NCBI GenBank assembly: GCA_020445565.1
Contig: JAGRGI010000021.1
Coordinates: 4,089 to 68,088 of the forward strand
Direction of reading: 5' to 3'
Source: Chromatiales bacterium
Lineage (GTDB): Bacteria > Pseudomonadota > Gammaproteobacteria > JAGRCI01
DNA: 64,000 bases
In this document: positions 20,297 to 29,990 of the stretch, piece by piece
Layout: every line of letters starts with the position of its first letter
How positions within the stretch are numbered: position 1 is the stretch's first letter
Notes under the pieces: model-generated
The model's database searches: none
Told to the model about the DNA's origin: nothing
The model's input: only the letters and a program-made list of their open reading frames with translations
Translations under genes and position numbers: made by a program

Positions 20297-21040
20297 CTAG
20301 CCAGACAGCCGCATCGTCCGCGTTATCGCCTCTTCATTCTGGTCAGCGGTCTGCATGGTCTTTATCTGCATCTGGAAGGTTCTGGCCAGATTGATCAGTT
20401 CCACCAGCTCGTGTGCCGGGTTGACGTTGCTGCTCTCCAGGGCGCCGGAAATCACCTTGACGTTGGCATCGGCCTCGGCGGTCTCGCCGCTCTTGAGGCG
20501 CATCAGACCATCGCTGCCTTTTTCCAGCTGATCCAGCGGCGGACGTACCAGCTTGATGCGGTCCAGGGCAGCCACCTCGTTGGGCTGAGCGCCCAAGGGG
20601 ACGACGGAGATGGTGCCGTCACGGCCGATATCCATCTTCTGGGCAGGCGGGATGGCAATGGGGCCGTTGTTTCCCAACACGGGCAGGCCCGTTCCGGTCA
20701 CCAGTTGACCATTGACCGTGGTACGCAGATCGCCGGCCTTGGTATAGGCTTCGGTACCGTCGCGCGCCTGAACGGCGATCCAGCCTTCGTCCTCCACCGC
20801 CAGATCCAGCTCCCGACCGGTACTCTGCAGGGCTCCGGGGGTGAAATCCGAAGCCGGACGTTCCGCCAGGGCATAGGCCCGGCTGGGATAACCGGGACCG
20901 AACACCGGCATGCTGCGAAACTGCGTCAGATCGGCGCGGAACCCGGTGGTGGTGGCGTTCGCCAGATTGTTGCTGGTGGCCGTCTGGCGATGCAAGGCAT
21001 GGCTGGCGCCGGTCATCGCGATGTACAGCATACGGTCCAT
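20297..21040 (-). CDS. flgF: Flagellar basal-body rod protein FlgF
   Basis: MDRMLYIAMTGASHALHRQTATSNNLANATTTGFRAD... carries the rod-protein N- and C-terminal motifs, and the protein is 247 aa. Confidence 0.85.
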   Translation of the reverse strand: MDRMLYIAMTGASHALHRQTATSNNLANATTTGFRADLTQFRSMPVFGPGYPSRAYALAERPASDFTPGALQSTGRELDLAVEDEGWIAVQARDGTEAYTKAGDLRTTVNGQLVTGTGLPVLGNNGPIAIPPAQKMDIGRDGTISVVPLGAQPNEVAALDRIKLVRPPLDQLEKGSDGLMRLKSGETAEADANVKVISGALESSNVNPAHELVELINLARTFQMQIKTMQTADQNEEAITRTMRLSG

Positions 21041-21051
21041 GGCACTTACCC

Positions 21052-22350
21052 CTAGTTGATGTTGATGATCGTCTGGGTAACGTTGCTGGAGGTCTCGATG
21101 GTCTTGGCGTTGGCCTGGAAGTTGCGCTGGGCGGTGATCAGGCGAACCAGTTCACGGGTCAGATCCACGTTGCTGGCCTCCAGGGCGCCAGAGCGGACCA
21201 GGCCGAAGGTCCCGGTGCCGGCCTCACCGGTTACCGGTTCGCCCGAACCGATGGTCTGCGCCCAGGAGGTGTTGCCCAATTGGCGCAGACCCTGCGGATT
21301 GCGGAAATTGGTCAAAGCCACCTTGCCCAGGGCGACGAATTGCCCATTAGTGAAATTGGCCCGAATCAGTCCGTCCTCGGAGATGTCCAGGCCACTGAGC
21401 TGCCCGGTGGTGAAGCCGTCCTGACTCAACACGTTGACCGAAAACGGCCCGGCATATTGAGTGGGTACGTTATTGGCGAAATCCAGGGTCAGATCCAGAT
21501 CACTGGCACCATTGGTCAAGGCTACCGCTATACCCTCGATGGGTGCGGGCGAGGTGGATGCCAGATTGCCAGCCTCGTCGAAAACCAGCTCCGCATAGTT
21601 GACGCCCGCTGCCGGCGAGCCGGCTGTGCCGCCCGGAATATCCGTTGCCACCCCATCCACGTACAGATACACCGCCCAGGGGCTGGACGCCGGCGGGCCG
21701 GCCACCGGCGTCTGCTTGACGTAGTAGGTCGTGGCGATGTGGGCATCGCCGAGCGAGTCGAAGATGGTCACCGAAGTGGAGTTGGTGAAGGTTGACGGAT
21801 TGTCCGGATCGAACAGCGCCGGATCCAGTTCCGCGGCATTGGCCGGAAGGTTCAGGCCGATCTCGATCTCCGAGGTCGCCTGCGGCGTGCCGGCGGCCGC
21901 CGGAATCTGCACAGGGGTGGCCGTCCCCAGGCTGGTGGAGGTTACGGTGCCATCCTGATTTACCGGGAAGGACACCAAAAACTGGCCGGTGCTGTTGACG
22001 ATGAAACCATTCTCATTGACACCGAAGGCCCCTGCCCGGCTGTAGATCCTTTCCGTCGAAGTCAGGGTCGGCGCCAGAGTGAAGAAACCCGGCCCATTGA
22101 TGGCGAGATCAAGCGCGTTTTCCGTAAATTCCAGGTTACCCTGATTGAACTGCTGCGCCACATTGGACAGCAGCACGCCGCTGCCGATGGCCGTGGAGCC
22201 GTTGCCGAAGGGCGACAGGGCGTAGACATCGGCAAACTCCGCGCGCGACTCCTTGAAGCCGGTGGTGGCGGCATTGGAGATGTTGTTGGCGGTGACGCTG
22301 AGGTCGGAGGAAGCGGCATTGAGGCCGCTCAAACCAATATTGAAGGACAT
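21052..22350 (-). CDS. flgE: Flagellar hook protein FlgE
   Basis: 432 aa. MSFNIGLSGLNAASSDLSVTANNISNAATTGFK ... LEASNVDLTRELVRLITAQRNFQANAKTI. Confidence 0.9.
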   Translation of the reverse strand: MSFNIGLSGLNAASSDLSVTANNISNAATTGFKESRAEFADVYALSPFGNGSTAIGSGVLLSNVAQQFNQGNLEFTENALDLAINGPGFFTLAPTLTSTERIYSRAGAFGVNENGFIVNSTGQFLVSFPVNQDGTVTSTSLGTATPVQIPAAAGTPQATSEIEIGLNLPANAAELDPALFDPDNPSTFTNSTSVTIFDSLGDAHIATTYYVKQTPVAGPPASSPWAVYLYVDGVATDIPGGTAGSPAAGVNYAELVFDEAGNLASTSPAPIEGIAVALTNGASDLDLTLDFANNVPTQYAGPFSVNVLSQDGFTTGQLSGLDISEDGLIRANFTNGQFVALGKVALTNFRNPQGLRQLGNTSWAQTIGSGEPVTGEAGTGTFGLVRSGALEASNVDLTRELVRLITAQRNFQANAKTIETSSNVTQTIININ

Positions 22351-22389
22351 GACTACACTCCCGTATCGCCACTGGGGCCGTAAGGATCG

Positions 22390-23067
22390 TTACAACAATT
22401 CGCGAATCTCGGACAGGGGCATGGCCCCCAGCCCGGCAAGATTGACCTGGATGCCATCGCTTCCTCCCAGGGACACGCTCTCCACACGCGCAGCCATCAA
22501 GGTGAGGAAGGCCTGTTCCTTGCCGTTCACCTCGGCGCGCGCCGATACCGCATAGGCGCCATCGGCAGCGTAGTCCCCCTGGTCGGTCAGCCCATCCCAA
22601 CTGAAGTGCACACGGCCGGCGGTCTGGGGACCCAGATTCAGCACCCGCACCAATTGTCCGGCGCTGTCGTAGATATCCAGTTGCAGATTTCCCACCGAAG
22701 AACTGAGGTCGATGACACCGTCCATGCCCTCGCCGGCACTGAACGTGGAAGCGTTTCCGGGGACCAACGCCTGCCGACCGAGCAGACTGGCGGCCTGCAG
22801 GGCCTGACTGGAAGCGAAGGACTCGGCCATGCCCTGTACCGTGGTTTGCAGATCGGTGATGCCGTTGACCGTGGCGAACTGCGCCATCTGACCGAGAAAC
22901 TCACCACTCTCCATCGGCTTGAACGGGTCCTGGTTTTGTAGCTGGGTGGTCATCAGAGTGAGAAAATCCTCTTGGCCCAGCGTATCGTTGCGTTCCACGG
23001 TGGGTTGCCCGCGAAGGCCGATGGACTCCAGGTCGGGGAGCGTTTGCGCGGCTTGAATGGCGGCCAT
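22390..23067 (-). CDS. flgD: Flagellar hook capping/assembly protein FlgD
   Basis: The internal start MAAIQAAQ...LGQEDFLTLMTTQLQNQDPFKPMESGEFLGQMAQF carries the FlgD motif. It begins 8 bp after the flgC stop. Confidence 0.8.
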   Translation of the reverse strand: MAAIQAAQTLPDLESIGLRGQPTVERNDTLGQEDFLTLMTTQLQNQDPFKPMESGEFLGQMAQFATVNGITDLQTTVQGMAESFASSQALQAASLLGRQALVPGNASTFSAGEGMDGVIDLSSSVGNLQLDIYDSAGQLVRVLNLGPQTAGRVHFSWDGLTDQGDYAADGAYAVSARAEVNGKEQAFLTLMAARVESVSLGGSDGIQVNLAGLGAMPLSEIRELL

Positions 23068-23077
23068 GGCCGGTCTC

Positions 23078-23494
23078 CTATTCGCCCATGCGCAGGGTGC
23101 GCAGCAGCAGTTGTTTGGAGGTGTTGATGGCTTCCAGATTGGTCTGGAAGGACCGCGAGGCGGCAATCAGATTGGCCATCTCCTCCACCGGATTGACGTT
23201 CGGCAAGGTGATGTAGCCCTGGTCGTCCGCCATGGGATGATTGGGTGCGTACTCCCTGCGCAGCGGCGCATCGCTCTCGACGATGCCCAGCACCCCGACG
23301 CCGCTGGCGGCCTGATCGCTCTGGGTATAGCCATCCAGGGTGGCGCGAAATACCGGATGACGGGCACGGTAGGTACGGTCGATGCTGCTGCTGACGGTAT
23401 CCGCGTTGGCCATGTTGCTGGCGGTGGTGTTCAGCCGCAGCGATTGGGCACCGAGGGCACTGCCGGCAACGTCGAAGATACGAAACAAGGACAT
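23078..23494 (-). CDS. flgC: Flagellar basal-body rod protein FlgC
   Basis: 138 aa. MSLFRIFDVAGSALGAQSLRLNTTASNMANADT. Confidence 0.9.
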   Translation of the reverse strand: MSLFRIFDVAGSALGAQSLRLNTTASNMANADTVSSSIDRTYRARHPVFRATLDGYTQSDQAASGVGVLGIVESDAPLRREYAPNHPMADDQGYITLPNVNPVEEMANLIAASRSFQTNLEAINTSKQLLLRTLRMGE

Positions 23495-23507
23495 AACCGC
23501 TTACCTC

Positions 23508-23909
23508 CTACTCGCCCCGGATGGCGTTCTTCAAACCACGGAATTTGCCGCTGAGAAACTCCAGGCTGGCCTGGTACTCCACTGCGTTGCGGGTGAAGGC
23601 CATCTGCTCGGTGTGGGTGTCGACGGTATTGCCGTCCACCGAGGGCTGGTTGGGGATGCGATAGCCCAGGTCGCCTTCCATCTGGATCCGCACGTCGAAG
23701 TGGGACTGATGGGTGCGGGTAAGCGCGAAGTCCTGTCCTCCACGGCCTTCGGTGGCATGTTGCAGGGCCTTCTGGAAATCCAGATCCTGCGCCTTGTAGT
23801 TGGGCGTATCGGCGTTGGCGAGATTGGCCGAGAGAATCTCCGCGCGGCGCGCGCGCAGTCCCACGGTATGGGTGTGTATGCCTAGGGCCTTGTCGAAACT
23901 GATCGCCAT
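23508..23909 (-). CDS. flgB: Flagellar basal-body rod protein FlgB
   Basis: 133 aa. ...RAEILSANLANADTPNYKAQDLDF... Confidence 0.9.
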   Translation of the reverse strand: MAISFDKALGIHTHTVGLRARRAEILSANLANADTPNYKAQDLDFQKALQHATEGRGGQDFALTRTHQSHFDVRIQMEGDLGYRIPNQPSVDGNTVDTHTEQMAFTRNAVEYQASLEFLSGKFRGLKNAIRGE

Positions 23910-23943
23910 GGTCGGCTCCCGAAAGGTTTTTCATCAACCTCTA

Positions 23944-23959
23944 AGCAAAGCCGATGCCA
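23944..23959 (-). promoter_or_regulatory. Candidate sigma54 (-24/-12) promoter for flgB operon: TGGCAT-N5-TTGCT
   Basis: The minus strand reads tggcatcggctttgct, about 35 bp upstream of the flgB ATG. An AT-rich tract lies further upstream at 23981..24015. Confidence 0.4.
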
Positions 23960-24060
23960 CATCTGTATCAATATGTTTTTATTGTAAATTATTTGATGGC
24001 TGAGTTTAAAAAATGGAATGGGCGGCAAACCCCTGCCCCTGGTGCGGCAAATCGAGGGGA

Positions 24061-24870
24061 CTATTTCAGCCGATAGAAAATGGCGCCATTGCCCCGCTGC
24101 ATCTCGAAACGGTCGCTAACGCCGCTGAGTGACTCGGAGGCCCCCAGGAACAGATAGCCCTGCGGAGTGAGGACATCGGCCATGCGCTGCACGATGCGCG
24201 TCTTGACGTCGGCCGAGAAATAAATGAGCACATTGCGGCAGAAGATGATGTCGAACCGGCCCAGGGCCGCGAAGCTGTCCAGCAGGTTCATCTCACGAAA
24301 CCGCACGCGGGCCCGGATCTCCGGCCTTACCCGCCAGCAATCCTGCACCGGTTCGAAATAACGCCGGCGCTGCTCTTCCGTAATGCCCCGCTGTGCCGAT
24401 TGACCGCAATATTCCGCCTGGGTAGCGAAACGCAGCATGGTGGGGGCGATGTCGGTGGCAACGATTTCGGTCATGGCCGGTAGGCGCAAGGGCGCCCGCA
24501 AGTCCTGCATGGCCATCGACAAGGTGTAGGGCTCCTGCCCCGAGGAACAAGCCGCCGACCAGACGCGCAAACGTGTTGACTGCTTTGCCAACACTTCCGG
24601 CAATACTTGCTCGCGCAGGGCGATGAACTGAGCCGGGTCGCGAAACCAGGACGTCTCGTTGGTGGTCATGGCATCGATCACCAGGCCCTTCAAGCCGGGA
24701 CTGCGACCCGATTCCATCCGCTCCATCAATAACCCCAATCCGTCGATGCCGTGCTCCTTCATAATCGGAGCCAGGCGGCTGCGAACCAGGTACTGCCGCT
24801 GCTCGCCCAGGACGATACCGCTGGCGCGTTCGAGAAAATCGCGAAAGCGGTGGTAGTCCCTCTCCTCCAT
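24061..24870 (-). CDS. cheR: Chemotaxis protein methyltransferase CheR
   Basis: The start is taken at MEERDYHRFRDFLERASGIVLG. The MTase motif is RVWSAACSSGQEPYTLSM, followed by ...FCRNVLIYF. Confidence 0.85.
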   Translation of the reverse strand: MEERDYHRFRDFLERASGIVLGEQRQYLVRSRLAPIMKEHGIDGLGLLMERMESGRSPGLKGLVIDAMTTNETSWFRDPAQFIALREQVLPEVLAKQSTRLRVWSAACSSGQEPYTLSMAMQDLRAPLRLPAMTEIVATDIAPTMLRFATQAEYCGQSAQRGITEEQRRRYFEPVQDCWRVRPEIRARVRFREMNLLDSFAALGRFDIIFCRNVLIYFSADVKTRIVQRMADVLTPQGYLFLGASESLSGVSDRFEMQRGNGAIFYRLK

Positions 24871-24889
24871 CGCGTTGCCCCTGTCGTCG

Positions 24890-25834
24890 TTAAGCCGCCA
24901 CGTGGCCGACGCCATTGCGATGGTCCTCCAGGCGGCGCTCAAGACGTTCAGCCAAGTCATCCGGGTCGTATTTTGGGATGAATTCGTCGGCCCCCACCCG
25001 CTGCACCATGGCCTCATTGAAGCCGCCGCTGAGGGAGCTGTGCATCATCACATAGATCTCGCTCAGCACCGGTTCCTTACGCATCTCGGCGACCAGCGAA
25101 TAACCGTCCATTTGCGGCATTTCAATGTCCGTAATGACCACCGCCAGCCAATCCTTCAAAGTGCCGCGTTCCTCTCGCCACTCCTTCAGCAGCTTCAATG
25201 CGGCGCGGCCATCGTTGACCGTGGTATACGGCACCTGCATCTCATTCAACACACGTTCGATCTGTTTGCGGGCCACCAGGGAATCGTCGGCCACCAGAAC
25301 ATGTTGAGCGCTGCGATCTGCCTGATCATCGATCACCCCGGCGGAGACGGTCTCGTTGACGCCAACCACTTCCTTGAGCACTTTCTCCACATCGATGATC
25401 TCCACCAGTTCCTTGTCCACATCGGTAACTGCGGTGAGATAGCTGGATCGCCCGCTTCCCTGGGGAGGCGGCATGATGGATTCCCAGTGCATATTGATGA
25501 TGCGATCGACCGAACCCACCAGAAAACCCTGAATGTGGCGGTTGTATTCGGTAATGATGACGAAACGCGAGGCTATATCGGTCAGTGGCGGACCGCCGAT
25601 GGCCATGGACAGATCCATCACCGGTATCGTCTTGCCGCGCATATTGGCAATGCCGCGTACCACCCGATTGGCATGAGGCACCTGGGTGAGCACCGGGCAC
25701 TGGATGACCTCGCGAACCTTGAAAACGTTGATCCCGAAACGCTGCCGGCCGGCAAGTCGAAACAACAACAACTCCAGGCGATTGGCGCCGGCCAACCGCG
25801 TTCGCTGATCGACACCGTCCAGTATCCCCGCCAT
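24890..25834 (-). CDS. cheV: Chemotaxis coupling protein CheV (CheW-like domain + receiver)
   Basis: MAGILDGVDQRTRLAGANRLELLLF... is the CheW domain. The REC domain reads ...VLVADDSLVARKQI...VITDIEMPQMDG. Confidence 0.85.
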   Translation of the reverse strand: MAGILDGVDQRTRLAGANRLELLLFRLAGRQRFGINVFKVREVIQCPVLTQVPHANRVVRGIANMRGKTIPVMDLSMAIGGPPLTDIASRFVIITEYNRHIQGFLVGSVDRIINMHWESIMPPPQGSGRSSYLTAVTDVDKELVEIIDVEKVLKEVVGVNETVSAGVIDDQADRSAQHVLVADDSLVARKQIERVLNEMQVPYTTVNDGRAALKLLKEWREERGTLKDWLAVVITDIEMPQMDGYSLVAEMRKEPVLSEIYVMMHSSLSGGFNEAMVQRVGADEFIPKYDPDDLAERLERRLEDHRNGVGHVAA

Positions 25835-26081
25835 AGTGCGTTCTCCCAGGTTGCCCGAAACCATGGTGAAGGCGAAACGCCCTGACCTTCAGCTTGTTAG
25901 CGGTAGGCAGGCATCGATCCTTTAGTGCGGAAAAAATCTTTTCCGGGCGGCAAGGACTTACCGCCCCTGCCGCCTTGTCAGGCCGGTTTTCCATCGCGTC
26001 GCCCCGGCTGACCTGACTCTCCGAAATCTGGCAGGACTTCTGCATGGCGTCGACTGAAAACAGATCACGGGAGCCACCAGC

Positions 26082-26861
26082 ATGATTCAGCCACGCCAGA
26101 CCCCCGGCCGCCGCCGGAGTAGATCCAGGCCAAAGACCCGCCCGCTACGGTACTCTCCACGAGCGGTGATTTTCGGCGGCGTGCTGATCCTGGCCGCGCT
26201 GTGGATGCAGCACCAGGCCAGGGCCGCGGAGGCCCATCACGACCTGGAGGCGATTCGCCAAAGCGTGAGCGAATTCCTCAGCCACAAGTTGGGCGCCGAT
26301 CCCGCTGCCCGCATCGTCGTCAATCCCCTCGACCAACGCCTGCGCGTCGCGGCCTGTCCTCAACCCCTGAAACCCTGGCTGCCCTCCTCCAGCAAGCTGC
26401 TGGGACCTACCACCGTGGGCGTTCGCTGCCTGGGTGAGTCGCCCTGGACCTTGTACGTCTCGGCCCGCATCGAGCGTTACACCGACATCCAGATTGCCGC
26501 CAGGCCCCTGGCCAGAGGCGACATTGTCGGCGCCGGAGACCTGCGCACCGAAAGCCGGGATGTCAGCGGCCTGCGGGCAGGTTTCTTCGAGGAGGCTGCC
26601 GAACTCATCGGCAAGGTGGTGCGCCGCCCAATATCGGCGGGCAACCCGGTTCGTCCCACGCAGGTCGAGGACAGCTATCTGATCAAACGCGGCCAGAAGG
26701 TGGTGATTCTCGCCCGTGTCGGTGGCCTGTCCGTTCGGATGCGTGGCAAGGCCCTGGCCAACGGTGCCGCCGGAGACCACATTCGCATCGAAAACAGTCG
26801 CAGTGATCGTATCGTGGAGGGCGTCGTGAACGACGCCGGTATCGTTGAGGTATCGTTATGA
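26082..26861 (+). CDS. flgA: Flagellar basal-body P-ring formation chaperone FlgA
   Basis: The C-terminal SAF/FlgA region reads ...RRPISAGNPVRPTQVE...GDHIRIENSRSDRIVEGVV. The exact start is uncertain. Confidence 0.75.
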   Translation: MIQPRQTPGRRRSRSRPKTRPLRYSPRAVIFGGVLILAALWMQHQARAAEAHHDLEAIRQSVSEFLSHKLGADPAARIVVNPLDQRLRVAACPQPLKPWLPSSSKLLGPTTVGVRCLGESPWTLYVSARIERYTDIQIAARPLARGDIVGAGDLRTESRDVSGLRAGFFEEAAELIGKVVRRPISAGNPVRPTQVEDSYLIKRGQKVVILARVGGLSVRMRGKALANGAAGDHIRIENSRSDRIVEGVVNDAGIVEVSL

Positions 26862-26970
26862 AAACGCTTGTCAAGCCCCGGACTGGGAACGTCATCACGG
26901 AAAACCGGGTCGAAAGTGTGATTCAATTCCCGCCTGGGAACATCGGGTGTCCCACGCCCCGCAATGCCGT

Positions 26971-26997
26971 TAAAGCATCGGCGTTATTGGCCGATAG
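26971..26997 (+). promoter_or_regulatory. Candidate sigma28 (FliA) promoter for flgM: TAAAGcat-N11-GCCGATAG
   Basis: TAAAG lies at 26971..26975 and GCCGATAG at 26990..26997 with an 11-nt spacer, about 45 bp upstream of the flgM ATG. The consensus is TAAAGTTT-N11-GCCGATAA. Confidence 0.55.
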
Positions 26998-27038
26998 AGG
27001 GGTAACGGCGGAGGAAGCACTCCACGGGAGAATACAGA

Positions 27039-27350
27039 ATGGCAATAGAAATCAATGGTCTGCCGAGCAGCTCCGTGCATCAGGCAGGCGACAGCGGCAA
27101 GGGCGGCGAGCCCTTGGAAGTACCGGCGCCACGAACGCAGAGTACATCGGCAGGCAGTTCCGACACGGTCAGCCTTACCCAGCGGGCCAGCCAACTCGAT
27201 CAGTTGGAGCGTTCCGTATCCAGCCAGCCCGTGGTCGACACCCAACGGGTGGAGGCGATTCGCAAGGCGATTTCCGATGGCTCTTTCGAGGTGGACCCGG
27301 CACGCACGGCGGACAAACTGATCCAGTTCGAATCTTCACTGGACCGCTGA
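27039..27350 (+). CDS. flgM: Anti-sigma-28 factor FlgM
   Basis: 103 aa. The conserved C-terminus is ...VDTQRVEAIRKAISDGSFEVDPARTADKLI. Confidence 0.85.
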   Translation: MAIEINGLPSSSVHQAGDSGKGGEPLEVPAPRTQSTSAGSSDTVSLTQRASQLDQLERSVSSQPVVDTQRVEAIRKAISDGSFEVDPARTADKLIQFESSLDR

Positions 27351-27393
27351 ACCCGGCCCCTTTTCCGCCCGGTTCCACCGGGGGGAGGCGGCC

Positions 27394-27882
27394 ATGAGCA
27401 CTTCCAGCGAGAGTAAACAGCTCGCCTACTGGATCGACCAGGAAACCAAGGCCGCCGAGCGTCTGCTGGAAACCCTGGAACAGGAACGATCGGCCCTGAC
27501 CGAACGCGCCAGCGAAAAACTGTCCGAGATCGCCAACCGCAAATTGGCCTGTGCCCGGCAGTGCGAGCAAATCGCCGCGCGGCGCGATCACTTTCTCGAT
27601 GTATTGCAATTGCCTAAGGGCAGAGTCGGCATCGAGCGCCTGCTGGAGCGTCTGCAAGCGGCGGGAGACACCGGTCTGCAACTCCCCTGGCGGGAACTGC
27701 TCGCCATCGCCGCCCGCTGCCGACATCTGAATCAAATCAACGGCGGTATCGTCGAGTTGTCGCGCCGGCATATACATCGCGCCCTGGACCTTCTGCGCGG
27801 CCAGGAACGCGATGCCGAACTCTACGGCCCAGCCGGGATGAACACCGGCAGCCGCATCGGCCACACCCTGGCGGTCGCTTGA
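27394..27882 (+). CDS. flgN: Flagellar export chaperone FlgN
   Basis: 162 aa and helical, in the flgM-flgN context (…LLETLEQERSALTE…). Confidence 0.75.
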   Translation: MSTSSESKQLAYWIDQETKAAERLLETLEQERSALTERASEKLSEIANRKLACARQCEQIAARRDHFLDVLQLPKGRVGIERLLERLQAAGDTGLQLPWRELLAIAARCRHLNQINGGIVELSRRHIHRALDLLRGQERDAELYGPAGMNTGSRIGHTLAVA

Positions 27883-27963
27883 GCAGCCGTGCTCACCGGC
27901 CTCCGGGCATTTTCGGGGGAATTCGCCTGTCCGGCCCAACAGCCAGGCAGGGCGGACTAAAGC

Positions 27964-28710
27964 ATGTTACAGACAATCAAAAAAATATTCGGCCAACAGG
28001 GCACCGATCATCAGAATCCGTCACAAATCACTGACAAGGGCCGCATCGTCAGCCTGCTGGAGCGGGTACGTGAGTCGCGCCTGAATTTGCAGGTGAACCT
28101 GCCGGGCGACAACGAACGCTATGCCAGCGCACTGCTGCGTGTCGATCCCGGAAAGGGCCTGATTTGCCTGGACGAACTCAACCCCGTCAAGGGGCATGAG
28201 CGCGCCAGGTTTGCCGAGGGCATCACCGTGCATACCCTGCTTGAGGGGGTGGATCTGACCTTCTCCACCCAGGTGCTGGAGGTTGGCCACCGCGATGGCA
28301 TCGCCTACTACCGCGCCAGCCTGCCCCACTTGCTGCACTATAATCAACGCCGCAGCTTCTATCGCCTCAAGCTCGACCGGCGCCATCCGGTGATCCTGGG
28401 TATTCACTACAACAAGCGACGTGAAACCATTCGAGGACGCCTGTCGGATATTTCACTGGGTGGCTTGGCCGCACGAATTGAAAAAGACCTGGAACTGCAA
28501 GCCGGGGAATCGCTCGGCTCATGCAGCCTGCACCTACCCGGCGCCGACGTCATCAATTGTTCCCTGGATGTGCGTCACGTACAAGCCGAAACCAGAGGCG
28601 GCCTGCGCATCGGGGCAGAGTTCTCGGCGATCAACAGCGAGGCGCAAGACCTGATCTTTCGCTTCGTGCGCAGCCTGGAGCGTGACCAGCTACGGCGTCA
28701 CCTCATGTAG
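27964..28710 (+). CDS. ycgR: YcgR-like flagellar brake protein (PilZN + PilZ, c-di-GMP binding)
   Basis: The RxxxR motif is YNQRRSFYRL and the D/NxSxGG motif is RLSDISLGG, 248 aa in all, in a flagellar context. Confidence 0.75.
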   Translation: MLQTIKKIFGQQGTDHQNPSQITDKGRIVSLLERVRESRLNLQVNLPGDNERYASALLRVDPGKGLICLDELNPVKGHERARFAEGITVHTLLEGVDLTFSTQVLEVGHRDGIAYYRASLPHLLHYNQRRSFYRLKLDRRHPVILGIHYNKRRETIRGRLSDISLGGLAARIEKDLELQAGESLGSCSLHLPGADVINCSLDVRHVQAETRGGLRIGAEFSAINSEAQDLIFRFVRSLERDQLRRHLM

Positions 28711-29310
28711 AAGCCTCCAGCGCGAGAGATCCTCCGGCCTGTCCAGGTCCCAGAGGGGGTGAAGTTCGCGCCAGTGCCAACCGGCCTGGCGCAGTCGTTC
28801 GCGGGTCTTGGCGAGCACCTGGGCGCTGCCCCAGGGGATGTCCATAAACGGCTGCGGCCCCCATTTTCTCAACCCGACGAGCACATAGCCACCGTCTTCT
28901 GCCGGCCCGAGCACGCAGTCAGCCCCGGCGTCCAAAGCCGCCAGTGCCTGTTTCACATAGTCCGCATCCATCGGCGGGCAGTCGCTCCCCACCAGGATCA
29001 CCTTGTCCTGCCGCTCCAGGCCGGTGCGCAGGGCCAGACTCATACGCTCGCCCAAATCGGCACCTTCCTGCGATTGAATCAGAAGACTGTGCTCTGCGGC
29101 GAGGGTTTGGAATACCGGGTGATTCGGCTCGCCACTCACCCAAAGGCTGAGTGCGCCGCCAAAGGCCCCGGCCAGTCTGTCGACCGTGGTGCGCAACAGT
29201 TCTTCGTAGACCCTGGCAGCCCCCTGCGCCCCCAGAGCGGATATCAAGCGGGTTTTTGCCTGGCCTGCGATGGGCGGTCTGGCAAAAACCTGGACAGCGA
29301 AATCGCTCAT
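28690..29310 (-). CDS. DUF2064 / TIGR04282-type glycosyltransferase-like (nucleotidyltransferase-fold) protein
   Basis: The start is set at MSDFAVQVFARPPIAGQAKTRL, giving ~206 aa with the conserved FAKAP..G.KTRL N-terminus. It overlaps the upstream GT2 gene by 4 bp. Confidence 0.7.
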   Translation of the reverse strand: MSDFAVQVFARPPIAGQAKTRLISALGAQGAARVYEELLRTTVDRLAGAFGGALSLWVSGEPNHPVFQTLAAEHSLLIQSQEGADLGERMSLALRTGLERQDKVILVGSDCPPMDADYVKQALAALDAGADCVLGPAEDGGYVLVGLRKWGPQPFMDIPWGSAQVLAKTRERLRQAGWHWRELHPLWDLDRPEDLSRWRLLHEVTP

Positions 29311-29990
29311 CGGTAGGACTTGGCCAGGTTTTCGGGGGCCACGCCGAGGAAATAGCCCAGTCGCAAACGCCACATCAACACTACCGTTCGCAGTATGCCG
29401 GCCTGTTCCCAGCGACGACTGGAAGCAAGCAGCGGCTGGTGCAGGCACCAGGGGCGGGCCTTGCGTCGCAAGCACTTGCTGAGGGCCACATCTTCCATGA
29501 GGGGGATATCCGGGAAACCGCCAACCGCTTCGAACCATTCGCGGCAGACAAAGATTCCCTGGTCTCCGGTGGCGACACCCGTCCAGCAGGAACGCCGGTT
29601 CATGAACCACTCGATGACACGAAAGGCCCATCGATCGCCCGAAAGACGCACATCGAAGCGCCCCCAGGTCCCCCGTTGGGCGATGTCAGCCAATGCCGTC
29701 AATGCCCGGGCCGATACCCGCGTATCGGCATGAACGAACCAGAGGAGTTCTCCCTTGGCGACGGAAGCACCCATATTCATCTGAGTCGCACGGCCCGCTT
29801 TGCAAGACAGCAACACCTCGCAATGGGGCCTGGCCCTGGCCATGGTATCGTCCATACTGCCACCGTCCACCACGATCCGTTCGGCTTCCAGGGGTGCCAA
29901 GTCTTTCAGAACGGCCTCTATGTTGGCAGACTCGTCGCGGGCCGGGACAACCACCGAGATGCTTGTCACGCGTTTAGCGCTCCGCCGCAA
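29307..29990 (-). CDS. Family-2 glycosyltransferase (TIGR04283-like)
   Basis: ISVVVPARDESANI...DGGSMDDT... is a GT-A fold with a DxD-like signature, 227 aa. Confidence 0.75.
   Translation of the reverse strand: MRRSAKRVTSISVVVPARDESANIEAVLKDLAPLEAERIVVDGGSMDDTMARARPHCEVLLSCKAGRATQMNMGASVAKGELLWFVHADTRVSARALTALADIAQRGTWGRFDVRLSGDRWAFRVIEWFMNRRSCWTGVATGDQGIFVCREWFEAVGGFPDIPLMEDVALSKCLRRKARPWCLHQPLLASSRRWEQAGILRTVVLMWRLRLGYFLGVAPENLAKSYR

Noticed and set aside
25326-26045. ORF 25326..26045 (-) spanning the cheV start and the cheV/flgA divergent promoter region
   Set aside because: It overlaps the well-supported cheV N-terminus in another frame and covers the intergenic promoter region, with no recognisable domain.
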